Positions 22,791-36,875 of a stretch of DNA of 64,000 bases are shown in pieces (the first letter of the stretch is position 1; every line of letters begins with the position of its first letter). The stretch is taken from NCBI RefSeq assembly GCF_035084215.1, contig NC_090341.1, positions 28,334,001 through 28,398,000 on the forward strand, written 5' to 3'. The notes under the pieces are model-generated. The model was not told the origin of the DNA. It ran no database searches and worked only from the letters and a program-made list of their open reading frames with translations. Source of the DNA: Heptranchias perlo (taxonomy: Eukaryota). Position numbers and translations under genes: made by a program.

Positions 22791-24699
22791 GGTCACGCAG
22801 TGGCAGAGGAAGTCGTGCAGGGACAGGGGGTCACAGCAGGGTCGTGCCAGGGTGAGGGGTGGTGTGGCAGAAGAAGATTTGCTTGAGGAACCAACGGGTT
22901 GGGACTACACACATTGCTGGAGCCAACTTCTCAAAGAGGCCCTTTTCCACAAAGAACGGATAAGGCCCACATCTTCCATTTTAAAAATGAGATACATTCA
23001 TAAAAAATATGCTATCGCCCAGACTCCTGCTGCTCTGTCAGATGTGAAGTCCCACCTCCCACTGAACTTCTGACCTGAAGCTGAGTGGAAGAGTTGCATG
23101 GATAGTAAATTCTACCAGGTCCTGGCAATAACAACTTAATCCGCTGGATCAAGAACTCAGAGCTTGTAAAAAAAATTCAATTAAAACATTCAATTACATT
23201 TTAGCTGGTTTATGCAATACTAAACCGACTCCCACAAAAATTATCCACACTCCTGATTATTAATCAAGGTTCTATTGTAATCTAAAATCCAAAAAACCTA
23301 TAGTCCATCTGGGCTAAAATTGGTTGAAGATAGTAAATTTGCATTTTGTTTTTTAATTTTCAAGCTTGACTATACATAAATTGCAGATTGCTGTATACCA
23401 GATAAAATTTGTGGTAATTCTTTGAAGAGAAAACAACCATTTAATACCATATCCAAAATGATTGTATCATTAAGACACAATGCATGCTAGGTCATTGCAA
23501 CAAATTCACAGCTTTGAGTGTTAATAAATTTCACTACAGACCTTCATCCACAGGGTTTTTACAAAGTGCAGTCGAACTGTCCAAATGAAAACATGTTGGT
23601 GGTCAATTTAATTATTATGAGTGATGCCTGGATACGCTCTGCACAACGTTGATGCTGCGGAACCTAAAACATGCTGAGTTTCAAAATCAATATCAATACG
23701 CCAACCTCACTTTTCCACTGTGGAAAATCTAATTAATGCAGTGTGATGGGGAATCCTCCGTTATTTGGAATTAAATAATAACCATGCAATTGTACATGCA
23801 TTCAATGAAACACACAGCATTGATCTTCTTTGTATGTGGATTAGACACTGCTGAAGGATGAGATGAACATTTTAAAGCTGTTGATCAAACAAACTTTAAA
23901 TTCATACTTCCCATAATCCTCTATTTGACTACTTCCATGTATCCTTTGTCAGCTGAAAGATGAGAATAGAGAGAGATTTTTTGCTTGCAGGCAAGAAATT
24001 TTGATTTCTTAATAAACTATCCCTATTAGAATATTAAAATGGCTGGCAGAAATTATAAACCTGCTCTAACCTTTGCTGCTATAACTCAAATTGTTATACC
24101 AAAAAAATCATTTGAAGGTTCCAGTTTAAACCTCACACAATAGTTGGGTTTAAAGATTACAATAGACTTAAATTACAATCTTCAACCATGTTAATCCCTT
24201 ACGGTTTATGGGGGAAGATTTTCTCTGTGAGCTATGTGTAGCAAAATGATAAACACATTTATAATGAACTCGCAGATCTCTTGTGGGATTGCTCATGGTG
24301 TCAGAGGTTACATTGTTATAATGGATGTGTGGAAATGTGGAAGTGTGGAAGTGGGGTAGAACTGCACACTTACACTGAAAGAATTCGGAAAGAAGTTTCC
24401 AAGAGATCTGCTCAGATAGCATTTCTGTTTGTCGTTATCACTGCAGGTAGATAAATAAATTTGTTCCCCTCATACCACAAATACATTAGCGTCTGCTCTG
24501 TCAGATTAAACAAAATTATAAGTAGCCACTGAGGATACACCTCATTGAAGCACTAGAACAGATAAACAAGCACATTAGACAGACACTAAGGAGTTGCATA
24601 ACGGTGATTCTTAATTATTCTTGTTAAATATTAGACACAGATGGAATTAAGTTGTTACATTAATTTTTTTTTCTGGATTTGATGTTGGTGTAAACATTT

Positions 24700-25900
24700 G
24701 TAGTGAAGTGAGGGCAAGCCTCATAAGCCTGGACCGAAGGAAGGCAATCAGATGGTGATCGTAAGGATGGTGGTGATGAGGATAGTGGGGCTGTTTGTGT
24801 AATGGGGATGGGAGGGATGGTTCACATGAAGCACACTTGGATGAGCTGCTGTCTAAGAGCTCTGGCAGCTAGGGGCACTGGTGCTTCTGCTCTTTCTCCT
24901 CTATGTGCTGCTCTTCCTCCTCCTGCTACTGCACTTCTTGCAGACAGCGGAAGCGTTGCTTGAGCATGCCGACTGCCAGCTTTATGACATTTCTGGTGAC
25001 GGCATGGCTCTACTTTTACACCAGCTATGCAACTGTGCCGAGGCTCCTGACAGGAATCATGAGCCATGCCTGAAGGGGATAGCCCTTATCGCCAAGTAGT
25101 CAGCCTGTGACCTGCCAACCTGGTTGGAATAAAGACAGCACAGAGGGCTGGCACAGGATGGATGAATCATGACTACTACTAGGAAACCCGGCACAGACCT
25201 GCATGACGCGCTGCCCGATTGCAAACGGGCTGGATGTTGAGGGAGTGGAATCCCTTTCTATTCAGAATGATGCCAGGCTAGTGATGGTGAGCACGCAAGG
25301 CAATGTGGGTGCAGTCTCTGGCACCTTGCACCCTGGGGAACCCTGAAATGCTGGCAAAGTCTAGTGCTCTCTCACCTGCTTCACTTTGTCCATTGGGAAA
25401 AGGTGTCGATGTTCCTTCTGGTGTGGAGAGCGTCATCGGCCTCCCATTCATCCTCCAGCCCAAAAGACAGACCTACCAGACCACCCATGACTGCAGTAAA
25501 ACTGTTTTGATGGCAGACAAAAGCAGTCCAGCATCAGGAAAAAGTTGTTAGCATGTCAGAAATCAGCTGTAGAATGCAGAAAATAGGCAAAAAAAATGCC
25601 CTGAAGTTTACCAGCAGCCTAAAAGGACAAATCAGCAACAAACCTGTATGGAGTGGAGGAGCCCTTTAAATAAATTTAAATGGCACTGCTGAAGGATCCT
25701 AGCTGTCTGTTAGTGCCACAAGTTATGAAGCAAGTTTATGGTGAGTCAGGCACTGGGGAAGCCCAATTGTACAAAAACATCCTACAACAAGGGTGGAAAC
25801 TTTATTTAAATATTTTAATGTCTTTTTAATAATTCCGCCATGCACCCTGGACACCTACGGAGAAGCCCAATTCAATATAGTGGGTGACGCACTTCTGGTA
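24700..25900 (-). mobile_element. Third decayed Harbinger element (transposase remnant ~24820-25500)
   Basis: Minus strand: GFPRVQGARDCTHIAL, RKGFHSLNI, LGDKGYP, GMLKQRFRCL. Confidence 0.8.
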
Positions 25901-27099
25901 CAGAATGAGCAAGTTCATGACAGCTGTACATATTGGAACCTTAGGGGTCCGTTTTACACCTGTACTATTCAGTGTAGCTTTTTCTTTTGCTGGAGGGTTG
26001 AAATTCGTGATGGAATTTTCTGTTGCATTAAAACAAGAATCCATTTCACTTTTGAACCATACAGCCATTTGAGTTGTTCTTTTACTTCATTTTTAAAAAC
26101 TTGTTTTGAATACAGTTACCAGTTTCATAATAATTAAACATCGGTTTCAGCAAAACATATTTTTCCATGCCCCTTCCCAGTACGTTTTGTTAAAACAGAT
26201 GTTTTAATTATTATTTAAAAATCCTAAATTAAAAGCTCTTTTCAGTTGCACATTCATATTTAAATATTAAAAGAGTTATGTAGAATACATTAACAGCATA
26301 GACACGTTTCCAGTGTAAACCATTAAATTTTTAATTAACTTAAAAAATTTACATGCTTTTCTAAAAAGATTATAAATACTTCCCAGAACAAAACTCTTTC
26401 TAGAGTAATGATGCAGTTGACAATAAGCATGGCAATTTGTAAGCTTATACAACTGCCAAGGCCAGATTCATAGGAAAGCTGAATCAGATTTTTATTTTAC
26501 AATAATTAAACAAATTGGTTATTACATGGGATCCTGCTACCTTAACCCAATTTGTAAATTGTTCCTTTTTTTCTGTTTCAGTCATATAAGTCCGGATACC
26601 ACATAGTTTCCATGAAAGGCAATGATCCACTTCCTATCATTAAGTAAAGCTACTGATCAAGATATCCTTCTGGGAGAAATAAAATAAAGTTGATCAGTAT
26701 TTATAATCAATTAATTTAACTTACTTTTTTTGAATATTAAACAAAATTCAATTCCAGGTAATTGCTCAACTGACTGGTACTGAATTCAGCCATCCCTGAA
26801 AAGGTTATTTAGACTTGCATCAAACAAAGTGTGTTTTGGTCATAAAGTACAAGGCCATTTCTAGTTTGTTCTTAAAACAGCCTCAGCTGTATAAATTAAA
26901 ACATTTATATATTTTCATGCAATGAGGTTTTTTTTTGAGTATTCACAAAATTTAACAGTTGTATCGTAATTTCTCTCCCTCCCTCAAACTTGAGGACGAC
27001 AACCCCCCGGGTCCAGCTGGATTGCACCTGAAATTACTCAAAAGAAACTAGGGAGGAGGTAACATGGTTACCAGCGTGCATATATAAAAATTCAATAGA

Positions 27100-27935
27100 A
27101 AAATGAATAGTCAGAGGACTGGCGGACAGCAAAAGTAATTCCTATCTTCAAAAAGGGAGACAGAACTAATCGAGGTAACTGTGGGACTATAGCTTAACAT
27201 CAGTAGTAGGAAAGGTACTAGAATCTTTGCTAAAAGATCAGGGCCCCAATATTAATGGGAAGACGGGGAGGATGCGGGGTAAGCTGAAAATGTCCTAAGA
27301 ATCTGGCAAGGCCGGGGAGGCCCTGCCAATCTTAACGGCAGGACCTCAAAAATATATAGTAGCTCTGTCTCCCACCCAGCAGTTGGCCAAATGGGCAGTC
27401 TGACTGGCAGCGGGAGGGAATTCTAGTAGCAGGAGGCCACAGCCAGGGGCTCTTGGGGACGGTTCCCAGCGATCGGGGGAGGGGAAAGGTCAGCAATCAG
27501 GAAGGGGAGAAGATCGGCAATAGGGAGGGGGGAGGAAGCTCCAGTCGGGAATCGGAAGTGGGGAGGGGAAGGTCAGTAATTGGAAAGAGGGGGGCTGCAG
27601 GCTTCCTTGAGAAGCCTGGGAGGGAGGACTCCTGCTCCTCCTGGCCCACAAGGTGTGTTGAAAGAACCACTTATCTTCGGGAGTCGGCAGCTCCTACAAT
27701 GCTTCTCGGTTCAGCTGCCGGGAATCCCACAGCTCGGATCTCCCCGTCGCTTTCTGTTAAATTTAAGTCGCGGTGCTGATGATGTCAGGTTGCCCGATCC
27801 TGATATTTTAACCCTCTCTCGCCCATCGGTGGGAGGTTAAAATCGAGACAAAGATAACAAAACATTTAGAGACAGAGAATATAATTTTAAAAAAGGCAGC
27901 ATGGATTTCTAAAAAGATGATGTTGAATCAACCTC
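27100..27935 (+). mobile_element. CR1 RT fragment interrupted by a GC-rich MITE (~27241-27848)
   Basis: EDWRTAKVIPIFKKGDRTNRGN..SLTSVVGKVLESLLKD, then an insert starting gggccccaatatt, then cagcatggatttc (QHGF). Confidence 0.65.
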
Positions 27936-27984
27936 ATCCCCATATCTCAGACCCCTGACACTGGGGATCAGTCACATGGCTCTC

Positions 27985-28990
27985 CTCTACAATGCATTCA
28001 ATACTTCAATATCTTCCTTGTGTCTCAATGGCCAGAACTGGACACCGTACTCCAAGTGGTCTGACCAGAGCACTGCACAGTTTGATCAGGATTTCCTCTG
28101 ATTTATATTCAATTGTTTTGGACATGTCGTTGGCTTCGTGAATTACTGTTCGACATTGCTAAATATGTCCAATCATGGAAACTACTAGGGTCTTTTTCCA
28201 TTTCATCCTTAGCTATTTCAACAGAATTCATGGAATATGTGTGTTGTTTATTTTTATATCTTATGTCCAGTACTTTGCACTTGTTTGCATTAAAGTTGAG
28301 CTGCCATTTATCTGCCCAAATAGTTATTTGGGGTTTCTGCTACAGTTCCGGTGAAGTTAGGATGACAGAGCCAGAGGGCCTCAAAGGAATTTCTGGCCTT
28401 TGTCTTTTAAAGCATGTGTATTATTTCTTACGTTGTTTACTCAGACACGGACTACCACCATGGAGTCTCTTCTGTCCCCTTCAATATCCCTTCTAACCTT
28501 TCCAAAATATGTACTACTCTAGCTCCAGGTAGACGACTTGCCATCCTGTGGGTATTGTCTTTATAACATACATGGCTATCCACTTTCCTGAGGAAAGAAT
28601 CCCCCATGACTATAATCTCCCTCTAACTTGCAAACTGCTTCTTAGTCCAAGCTGCCTTACCCATTTTTCTAGCCAGCTGCTCCTCGGAGACCTTGGAACT
28701 GAATTTTACTTTTGGTATGGGCGGTAAACTGGCAGTTGTGGATCGGCCACCCATTAAACGCCCCGCCCGATTTTCAATTCCACTTAAGTCAATGGAAAAG
28801 AAAATTGAGCGAGGCATATAACGGGCGGCTGATCAGCAACTGACAAATTATCGCCCGCACCAAAAGTGAAAATTACCGCCCCTTGTTTCTTCCTCCCTTA
28901 TTGTTAGGTGATTATATCAACGAACCGCTACAGGAATTGAGGTGCATCCTCTTACAAATTTATTTTAACCTTTAGATCCCTTTGATTGCT
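27985..28990 (-). mobile_element. Old CR1 fragments (RT C-terminus and APE)
   Basis: ccagaactggacaccgtactccaagtgg (HLEYGVQFW on -); atcccccatgacta (VMGD on -). Confidence 0.55.
28694..28881. mobile_element. About 190-bp palindromic (hairpin) MITE
   Basis: aattttacttttggtatgggcggtaa...ttatcgcccgcaccaaaagtgaaaatt; the imperfect inverted symmetry continues to a central ttaagtcaa. Confidence 0.7.
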
Positions 28991-30156
28991 CACTTGGCTC
29001 TGACCAACACTCCCAGATCTTGGTTTCTTCCTGATTGTTTACCTTCAACTCTGCTTCTGCTGATGTTGCATTTTATACTCCTACTTAGACAGAGATCTCC
29101 TTGTAACTGCTCCTCATTTCACTGGTCTGCTGAGAACCTGCACTATTTGGGAAGTTTAGATCAATGGATTTCTCCCAGTGGCAGACTATGTCCCGATCTG
29201 AATGGCCTAAATATAGAATTGGAAAGCTCCCGATGAAGTCTGTCATCCATTAAATCGATATGCAGCTGTTGATTGACCTACGGTATCTGTCCGCTGCAGT
29301 GCCTGCATATTCTTTTAGAAGTCTGAAGTTGGGATGCCAGAACTGTCTAGGAACGCAGCCATGCTGACAAAGCTGGTAAATAATTTTGCACACGGGAAAA
29401 TCTTTGGATAAAACATACACTTGAGCCCTTCACAGCATATCTTGTCAGTGCTGTCTCAACTGTGAAAAATTTGTGATACAGGTAAATCTCGTCAAGCTTC
29501 TGCTTATCTGCTGAATACTGACTTCTTGTTACTAGTATCACTACGGAGGTTCACCACTTAAAATAATACGTGACACATCAGAGTCAGAATATCTCATAAT
29601 GACACTCCTGGTAATTAGTAAATAAGTAATCTTGATTGTATCAAGTGGCAGAAGATGAGGAAATCAGCTAGGTTGCCAGCTCCCACATCCCTGTCGTCAT
29701 TTAAATAAGCCAAGGTGGTGAAGGGGCAGCCGGCGGCCTTCCCTACTGGAGCTGGGGGAGGAAAATCCAGGTCGGGACAGGGATGTGCAACAGGCCTCCC
29801 CGCTAGATTACTGCATTGGAACTGAGCCAAGGATTCGATCATTTTCCACCAGCTTCTGAGGGTTTCACTTTGGTAGCTAGAGTGTGATCGATCCTCTCTA
29901 AAATTTCTGGCCTCAATCTCTGCTTACACACCAACTTCAGAATCCAACACAGGGGGTACTAATTCGCCTTGATACTGAAGCTGGTGCACCCTTAGTGTAA
30001 CCACAAAGGAAACCAATAAATTTAAATATACATTAGTTCTTTCTTGTAGGACAAAAAGAACAACTAAATGCGAAAGCCTTTTGCGTCTTTGTTAATTAAT
30101 CCATAATATGACTACATAATAGTCACTACACTTCAAAGTAATTTGCTATATATTAT

Positions 30157-30703
30157 ACAGAATTACATAGAATGTACAGCACAGAAACAGGCCATTTGGC
30201 CCAATAGGTCCAAGCTGGTGTTTTTGCTGCATATGAGCATCCACCCTCCCTACTTCATCTAACTCTATCAGCTTATACTTCTATTCCTTCCTCCCTTGTG
30301 TTTATCTAGCTTCCCCTTCAATGCATCTATGCTAGTCGGCTCCACTACTCCAAGTTCCACATTCTAACCAATCTCTGAGGAAAGACGTTTCTTCCCAATT
30401 CCCTATTGGATTTATTAGTGACTATCTTATATTTATGGCCCTGAGTTCTGGTCTTCTCCACAAATTGAAACGTCTTATTTACGTCTGCCCTACAAACCTT
30501 TCATAATCTTAAAGAACTCTATCAGGTGACCCCCTCAGTCTTCTGTTTTCTAGAGAAAAGAACCCCAACCAGTTCAATCTTTCCTGATCGGTATAACCTC
30601 TCAGTTCTGGTATCATCCCAATAATTCTTTTTTGCGTCTTCTCCAGTGCCTCTGTATCCTTTTTATAATATGGAGGCCAGAACTGTTCACAGTACTCCAA
30701 GTG
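30157..30703 (-). mobile_element. CR1 3' fragment inserted in a Deu-type SINE tail
   Basis: HLEYCEQFWPPYYKKD..RRLRG on -. The SINE tail actacacttcaaagtaatt (30125) resumes as tgtgaagcaccttgagac (30702). Confidence 0.8.
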
Positions 30704-32711
30704 TGAAGCACCTTGAGACATTTTAAGATGTGATAAGGGGCTATACAAGCACAAGTCTTCATTTTAAAAATCTGATTTTTTTTCTGCCATAACAGCCATT
30801 TCAGTTAGTGCAATCAAATCTTGCCATTCTTGATGAAGTGCCTTCCACTGTAATATCCAGTACCTTAAGTGCCAGAGCAGCAGGTTTCCTTGCTTTATCC
30901 TGCAGTTCTAAATACACATGGTTACTTGGACCTATCACAGCTGCTTCTGGTGTATAGTAAACGATTACTGTTGCACCAGAACCAGCTCTGGTAGGTCCAA
31001 TGTTCGCTTCTCGAAATCGGCAGGGGTTCAAACATGCCATGCTGTGCTGAGATCACCCCAGAATGCACCTCTTCTGGCTATGCAATGGTACATCAAGTAT
31101 GAAAAGACATTTCTGTGGCATCCCATGATTCATGCATTTAAATCGAGATCCCTGAAGTGGTTGGCTATTTGAAGCACTCAATCCCCACATGACTGCTCAG
31201 CAAAAAAAGTTTGTGAACCTCTGCCTTATACGTTCTATTTATACCACGGCAGTTGAGTAATAAAAACTAATAAAAGGAGAGTTTAATTTTAAGTGGGAAC
31301 TAAATGGATGCTAATATTGGTTCTGGCAACAGCAACACAAAACATTTTATTTGGCAGGAAGTCTGAGATGTCATCACACTTGAAAACAATGAAACAAGTA
31401 AAAGATTAGTGGAGACAATTACGTGTGGTATAAAGTTCACTGGTCACTCAGTTTAGATGACAAGCACCATATGCACGTTTTAAAAACACGATATTAGGAT
31501 GGGGCATTTAATTCTAACAGGGATCCCTGAGTTAATTAGGTCCACATTTATGACAACAGCAATAGAGAACAAGCAGGATAAATACAAACTAATCAATTCA
31601 GCTAATTGAAGGTTTATAAAAATGAGAATATATGAGAAAGTAAAGATAGATTAAACAATATTGGAATTGCCTTTGCACAGAAACATGGCACTGCATTTCA
31701 CACACCACATGAATTACTGGAATTGTTTCACAAATGTGGAAAAGAAGTGTAATTTACACTGTCGCCCTGCAAGCAATAACTCCAAAAAAAACTAAAGTAA
31801 TCATGAAGTTCAGATATGCAGTTACACAAAACCTTCCCATATATAATTTCATGTAATTTTTCAGTTACATTTACTTCGTTTTCTATATAATTTCACACTA
31901 CCATTCACTACATTTACTGTCAAGATACCTGAAATGTACTGTCAGAAGAATGCACTCTCCATCCTACGTATAATCCGCCTCTCTTTATCAAAAGACATCC
32001 TCCAAATTTGCATGAAAAACACTGACAGATTCCCAAAGCACGAATAAAAATTGCAGAATGCGATGCATTAAAAACTGAATCTGACTTGTTTAGTGGCCCT
32101 GATAATACATTGTGGGTTATAAAACAGCAAATCCTCTGAGTCACTGAGTAATACTATGGGAGATCTGTTAATGGAAATAAAAAAAATTAACAGTTACCCT
32201 TCTTTCAAAAAAATTGAACTAATTTTTATATTTTGATAATGCTATAAGAGTTGATTTTAAAAATATAGCCTCACCTGCCAGCTGCTCCTATCTCAAAATC
32301 AAGGGCAATTCAGCTACAATTTCCTGCAATGAGCAGCCAACAGGCAAAGCTCCCACATTTGTAAAACTGCCTCTATGATGTGGATGGAAGGAACTGTTCC
32401 CTCTATCTCTGTGCCCAGCGAAGACCATCTAGTTCAAATGTTAATTCTATTTTAGTTTCCAAAAGTCTATGGAGTTATTAACATCCAGTAGATATACAAT
32501 GTAAAGTTCAGGTCCATCATCTGCATCACGTGACTTTTGCGCACAATCTTCTTCGATTCTAGTATAAACTGATGGCTTCAGATAACACAGTCAATGGAGG
32601 CTTCAATTGGTGCAAATTTTTACGTCTTAATTTAGGTCAAATGTAAGCACTATTTATATTATTGTTGTATTGGAGTGGTCAAATTTTAGGGTGCCACTTT
32701 GAGGCTTTCAA

Positions 32712-35700
32712 ATTTGGCCATAATCTTCCAATCCTCCTTAGATATGGGGGTGGTGCCAGAGGACTGGAGAATTGCAAACGTTACACCCTTGCTCAAAAAA
32801 GGGCGAAAGGATATACACGGCAACCACAGGCCAGTCAGTTTAACCTCGGTGGTGGGGAAGCTTTTAAAAACGATAATCCGGGACAAAATGAATAGTCACT
32901 TGGACAAGTGTGGAATAATAAAAGGAAGGCCAGCATGGATTTGTTGAAGTCAAATCATGTTTAACTAACTTGATTGAGTTTTTTTGATGAGGTAACAGAA
33001 AGGGTTGATGAGGGCAGTGCGGTTGATGTGGTGTATATGGACTTTCAAAAGGCATTTGAAAGAGTGCCACATAATAGGCTTGTCAGCAAAACTGAAGCCC
33101 ATGGAACAAAAGGGGCAGTGGTGGTATGGATGCAAAATTGGCTAAGCGACAGAAAACAGTGTAGTGGTGAACGATTGTTTTTCAGACTGGAGGAAGGAAC
33201 ACAGTGGAGTTCCCCAGGGGTCGGTACTAAGACCACTGCCATTTTTGTTATATATCAATGACTTGGACTTGGGTGTACGGGGCACAATTTCAAAATCTGC
33301 AGATGACACAAAACTTGGAAGTGTAGTAAACAGTGAGGAGGATAGTAATAGACTTCAAGAGGACATAGACAGGCTTTTTTAAAAAATTGATTCATGGGAT
33401 GTGGGCATCACTAGCAAGGCCAGCGTTTATTGCCCATCCCTATTTACCCTTGAGAAGGTAGTGGTGAGCTGCCTTCTTGAACCACTGCAGTCTGTATGGC
33501 GAAGGTACTCACACAGTACTGTTAGGTCGGGAGTTCCAGGATTTTGACCTAGCGACAATGAAGGAACGGCGATACATTTCCAAGTCAGCATGATATGTGA
33601 CTTGGAGGGGAACATGCAGGTGGTGGTGTTCCCATACGCCTGCTGCCTTTGTCCTTCTAGGCGGTAGGGTTTGGGAGGTGCTATCAAAGAAGCCTTGGCG
33701 AGTTGCAGTAGTGCATCCTGTGGATGGTACACATTACAGCCACGGTGTGTCGGTGGTGGAGGGAGTGAATGTTTAAGGTGGTGGATGGGGTGCCAATCAA
33801 GCGGGCTGTTTTGTCCTGGATGGTGTTGAGCTTCTTGAGTGTTGTTGGAACTGCACTCATCCAGGCAAGTGGGGAATATTCCATCACACTCCTGAATTGT
33901 GCCTTGTAGATGGAGGAAAGGTTTTGGGGAGTCAGGAGGTGAGTCACTCGCAGCAGAATACCCAGCCTCTGACCTGCTCCTGTGGCCACTGTTTTTATGT
34001 GGCTGGTCCAGTTAAGTTTCTGGTCAATGGTGACCCCCATGATGTTGATGGTGGGGGATTCGGTGATGGTAAGGGATTCGGTGATGGTAATGCCGTTGAA
34101 TGTCAAGGGGAGGTTGTTAGACTCTCTCTTGTTGGAGATGATCATTGCCTGGCACTTGTCTGGTGCGAATGTTACTTGCCACTTACCAGTTACCAGCCCA
34201 AGCCTGAATGTTATCCAGGTCTTGCTGCATGCGGGCACGGACTGCTTCATTATTTGAGTGGTTGCGAATGGAGCTGAACACTGTGCAATCATCAGCAAAC
34301 ATCTCCACTTCTGACTTTATGATGGAGGGAAGGTTATTGATGAAGCAGTTGAAGATGGTTGGGTCTAAGACACTGCCTTGAGGAACTCCCACAGCGATAT
34401 CCTGGGGCTGAGATGATTGGCCTCCAACAACCATTACCATCTTCCTTTGTGCTGGGTATGACTCTAGCCAATGGAGAGTTTTCCCCAATTCCCATTGACT
34501 TCAATGTTACTAGGGCTCCTTGATGCCACACTCTGTCAAAGGCTGCCTTGATGTCAAGGGTCGCCACTCTCACCTCACCTCTGGAATTCAGCTCTTTTGT
34601 CCATGTTTGGACCAAGGCTGTTATGAGATCTGGAGCCGAGTGGTCCTGGCGGAACCCAAACTGAGCATCGGTGAGCAGGTTATTGGTGGGTACGTGCCGC
34701 TTGATAGCATTGTCAACAACACCTTCCATCGCTTTGCTGATGATTGTGAGTAGGCTGATGGGGCCGTAATTGGCCAGATTGGATTTGTCCCACTTTTTGT
34801 GGACAGGACATACCTGGGCATTTTTCCACTTTGTCGGGTAGATGCCAGTGTTGTAGCTGTACTGGAACAGCTTGGCTAGAGGCACGGCTAGTTCTGGAGC
34901 TAGTTCTGTATTCTTCAGCATCACAGCCGGGATGTTGTTGAGGCCTTTAGCCTTTGCTGTATCCAGTGTACTCAGCTGTTTCTTGATATCACGTGGAGTG
35001 AATTGAATTGGCTGAAGACTGGCTTCTGTGATGGTGGGGATCTGGGGAAGAGGCCGAGATGGACCATACACACGGCACTTCTGGCTGAAGATGGTTGCAA
35101 ACACTTCAGCCTTGTCTTTTGCACTCACGTGCTGGACTCCGCCATCATTGAGGATGGGGATGTTCATGGAGCCTCCTCCTCCTGTTAGTTCTTTAATTGT
35201 CCACCACCATTCACGACTGGATGTGGCAGGACTGCAGAGCTTTGATCTGATCCATTGGTCTATAGCATGCAGCTTCCGCTGTTTAGCATGCATGTAAGTC
35301 CTGTGTTGTAGCTTCACCAGGTTGGCACCTCATTTTTAGGTACGCCTGGTGCTGCTCCTGGCATGCTCTTCTACACTCATTAAACCAGGGTTGATCCCCT
35401 GGCTTGTTGGTAATGGTAGAGTGAGGGATATGCCAAGCCACGAGGTTACAGATTGTGGTGGAATACAATTCTGCTGCTACTGATGGCCCACAGCGCGTCA
35501 TGGATGCCCAGTTTTGAGCTGCTAGATCTGTTCTGAATCTATCCCATTTAGCATGGTGATAGTGCCACAACATGATGGATGGTGTCCTCAGTGTGAAGAC
35601 TGGACTTCATCTCCATGAGGGCTGTGCGGTGGTCACTCCTACCAATACGGTCATGGACAGATGCATCTGCGACAGGTAGATTGGCGAGGATAAGATCAAC

Positions 35701-36875
35701 TAGGCTTTTCCCTCATCTTGGTTCTTTCACCACCTGCCGCAGACCCAGTCTGGCAGCTATGTCCTTCAGGACTCGGCCAGCTCGGTCAGTAGTGGTACTA
35801 CCGAGCCACTCTTGGTGATGGACATTGATGTCCCCCACCCAGAGTACATTCTGTGCCCTTGCTACCCTCAGTGCCTCCAAGTGGTGCTCAACATGGAGCA
35901 GTACTGATTCATCAGCTGAGGGAGGGTTCCTTGCCCATGTTTGACCTGTGCCATGAGAATTCATGGGGTCCAGAGTCAATTCAGAAGCCTAGACTAATAA
36001 TCCAGAGACATGAGTTAAAATTCTGCAACTACAGCTGGGGAATTTAAATTTAGTTAATTGAATAAAATCTGGAGTAAAAGTGATACATTTTGGCAGGAAG
36101 AATGAGGAGAGGGAATATAAACTAAATGGTTTAATTCTGAAGGGTTCAGGAAGAGAGAGATCTGGGGGTACATGTGCACAAATCTTTGAAGGTGGCAGGA
36201 CAGGTTGAGAAAGCGGTTAAAAAAGCACACAGGGTCCTGGGCTTTATAAATAGAGGCATAGAGTACAAAAGCAAGGAAGTTACGTTGAATCTTTATAAAA
36301 CTCTAGCTCGGCCACAACTGGAGTATTGTGTCCAAATCTGGGCACCACACTTTAAGAAGGATCTGAAGGTCTTAGAGAGGGTGCAGAAAAGATTTACCAG
36401 AATGGTTCCTGGGATGAGGGACTTCAGTGATGTGGATAGACTGGAGAAGCTGAGGTTGCTCTCCTTAGAGCAGAGATGGTTAAGAGGAGATTTGATAGAA
36501 GTGTTCAAAATCATGAAGGGTTTAGATAAAGTAAATAAAGAGAAACTGTTCCCATTGGCGGAAGGGTCGAGAACCAGAGGACATTTATTTAAGGTAAATG
36601 GCAAAAGAATCAAAGATGACATGAGGGGAAACTTTTTTTTAACACAGCGAGTAGTTATGATCTGAAATTTGCTGCCTGAAAGGGTGGTGGAAGCAGATTC
36701 AATCATGGCTTTCAAAAAGGAATTGGACAAATTCTTGAAGGGAAAAAATTTGCAGGGCTACAGGGAAAGAGTGAGAGAATGGGACTAACTGGATCGCTCT
36801 CACAAAGAGCCGGCACAGGTTCAATTGGCCAAATGGCATCCTTCTGTGCTGTAATGATTCTATGATTCTATTCTA
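32712..36875 (+). mobile_element. CR1 LINE RT region (32712-33375 and 36078-36875) split by a family B LINE
   Basis: VPEDWRIANVTPL, DFQKAF, GVPQGSVL, ADDTKL, then HKSLKVAGQVEKAV, EYCVQIWAPHF; tail attctatgattcta. Confidence 0.9.
33376..36075 (-). mobile_element. Second long family B LINE copy, with an inverted piece of the tRNA-like head at ~35981-36072
   Basis: ORFs 34334-35317, 34183-34488 and 33684-34298 give the RT (DIKAAFDRVWH, GVPQGSVL, FADDC); APE remnant 35580-35977. Head sequence cctagactaataatccagagacatgagttaaaattc lies on +. Confidence 0.9.

Noticed and set aside
22085-23073. Four long Gly/Arg- or Pro-rich ORFs (207-265 aa)
   Set aside because: They are artefacts of a stop-free 31-bp tandem repeat, and the same peptide appears in all three frames.
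24375-24441. Minus-strand AG/GTAAGT-bounded 67-nt open segment; similar cases near 29420, 53430, 57730 and 60580
   Set aside because: The peptides are unrecognisable and the phases do not chain into a coherent gene.
26541-26633. Minus-strand exon-like segment EVDHCLSWKLCGIRTYMTETEKKEQFTNWVK, loosely resembling a FANCC exon
   Set aside because: Low identity, weak splice sites, no other FANCC-like exons, and it lies inside the CFAP20DC intron; likely coincidence.
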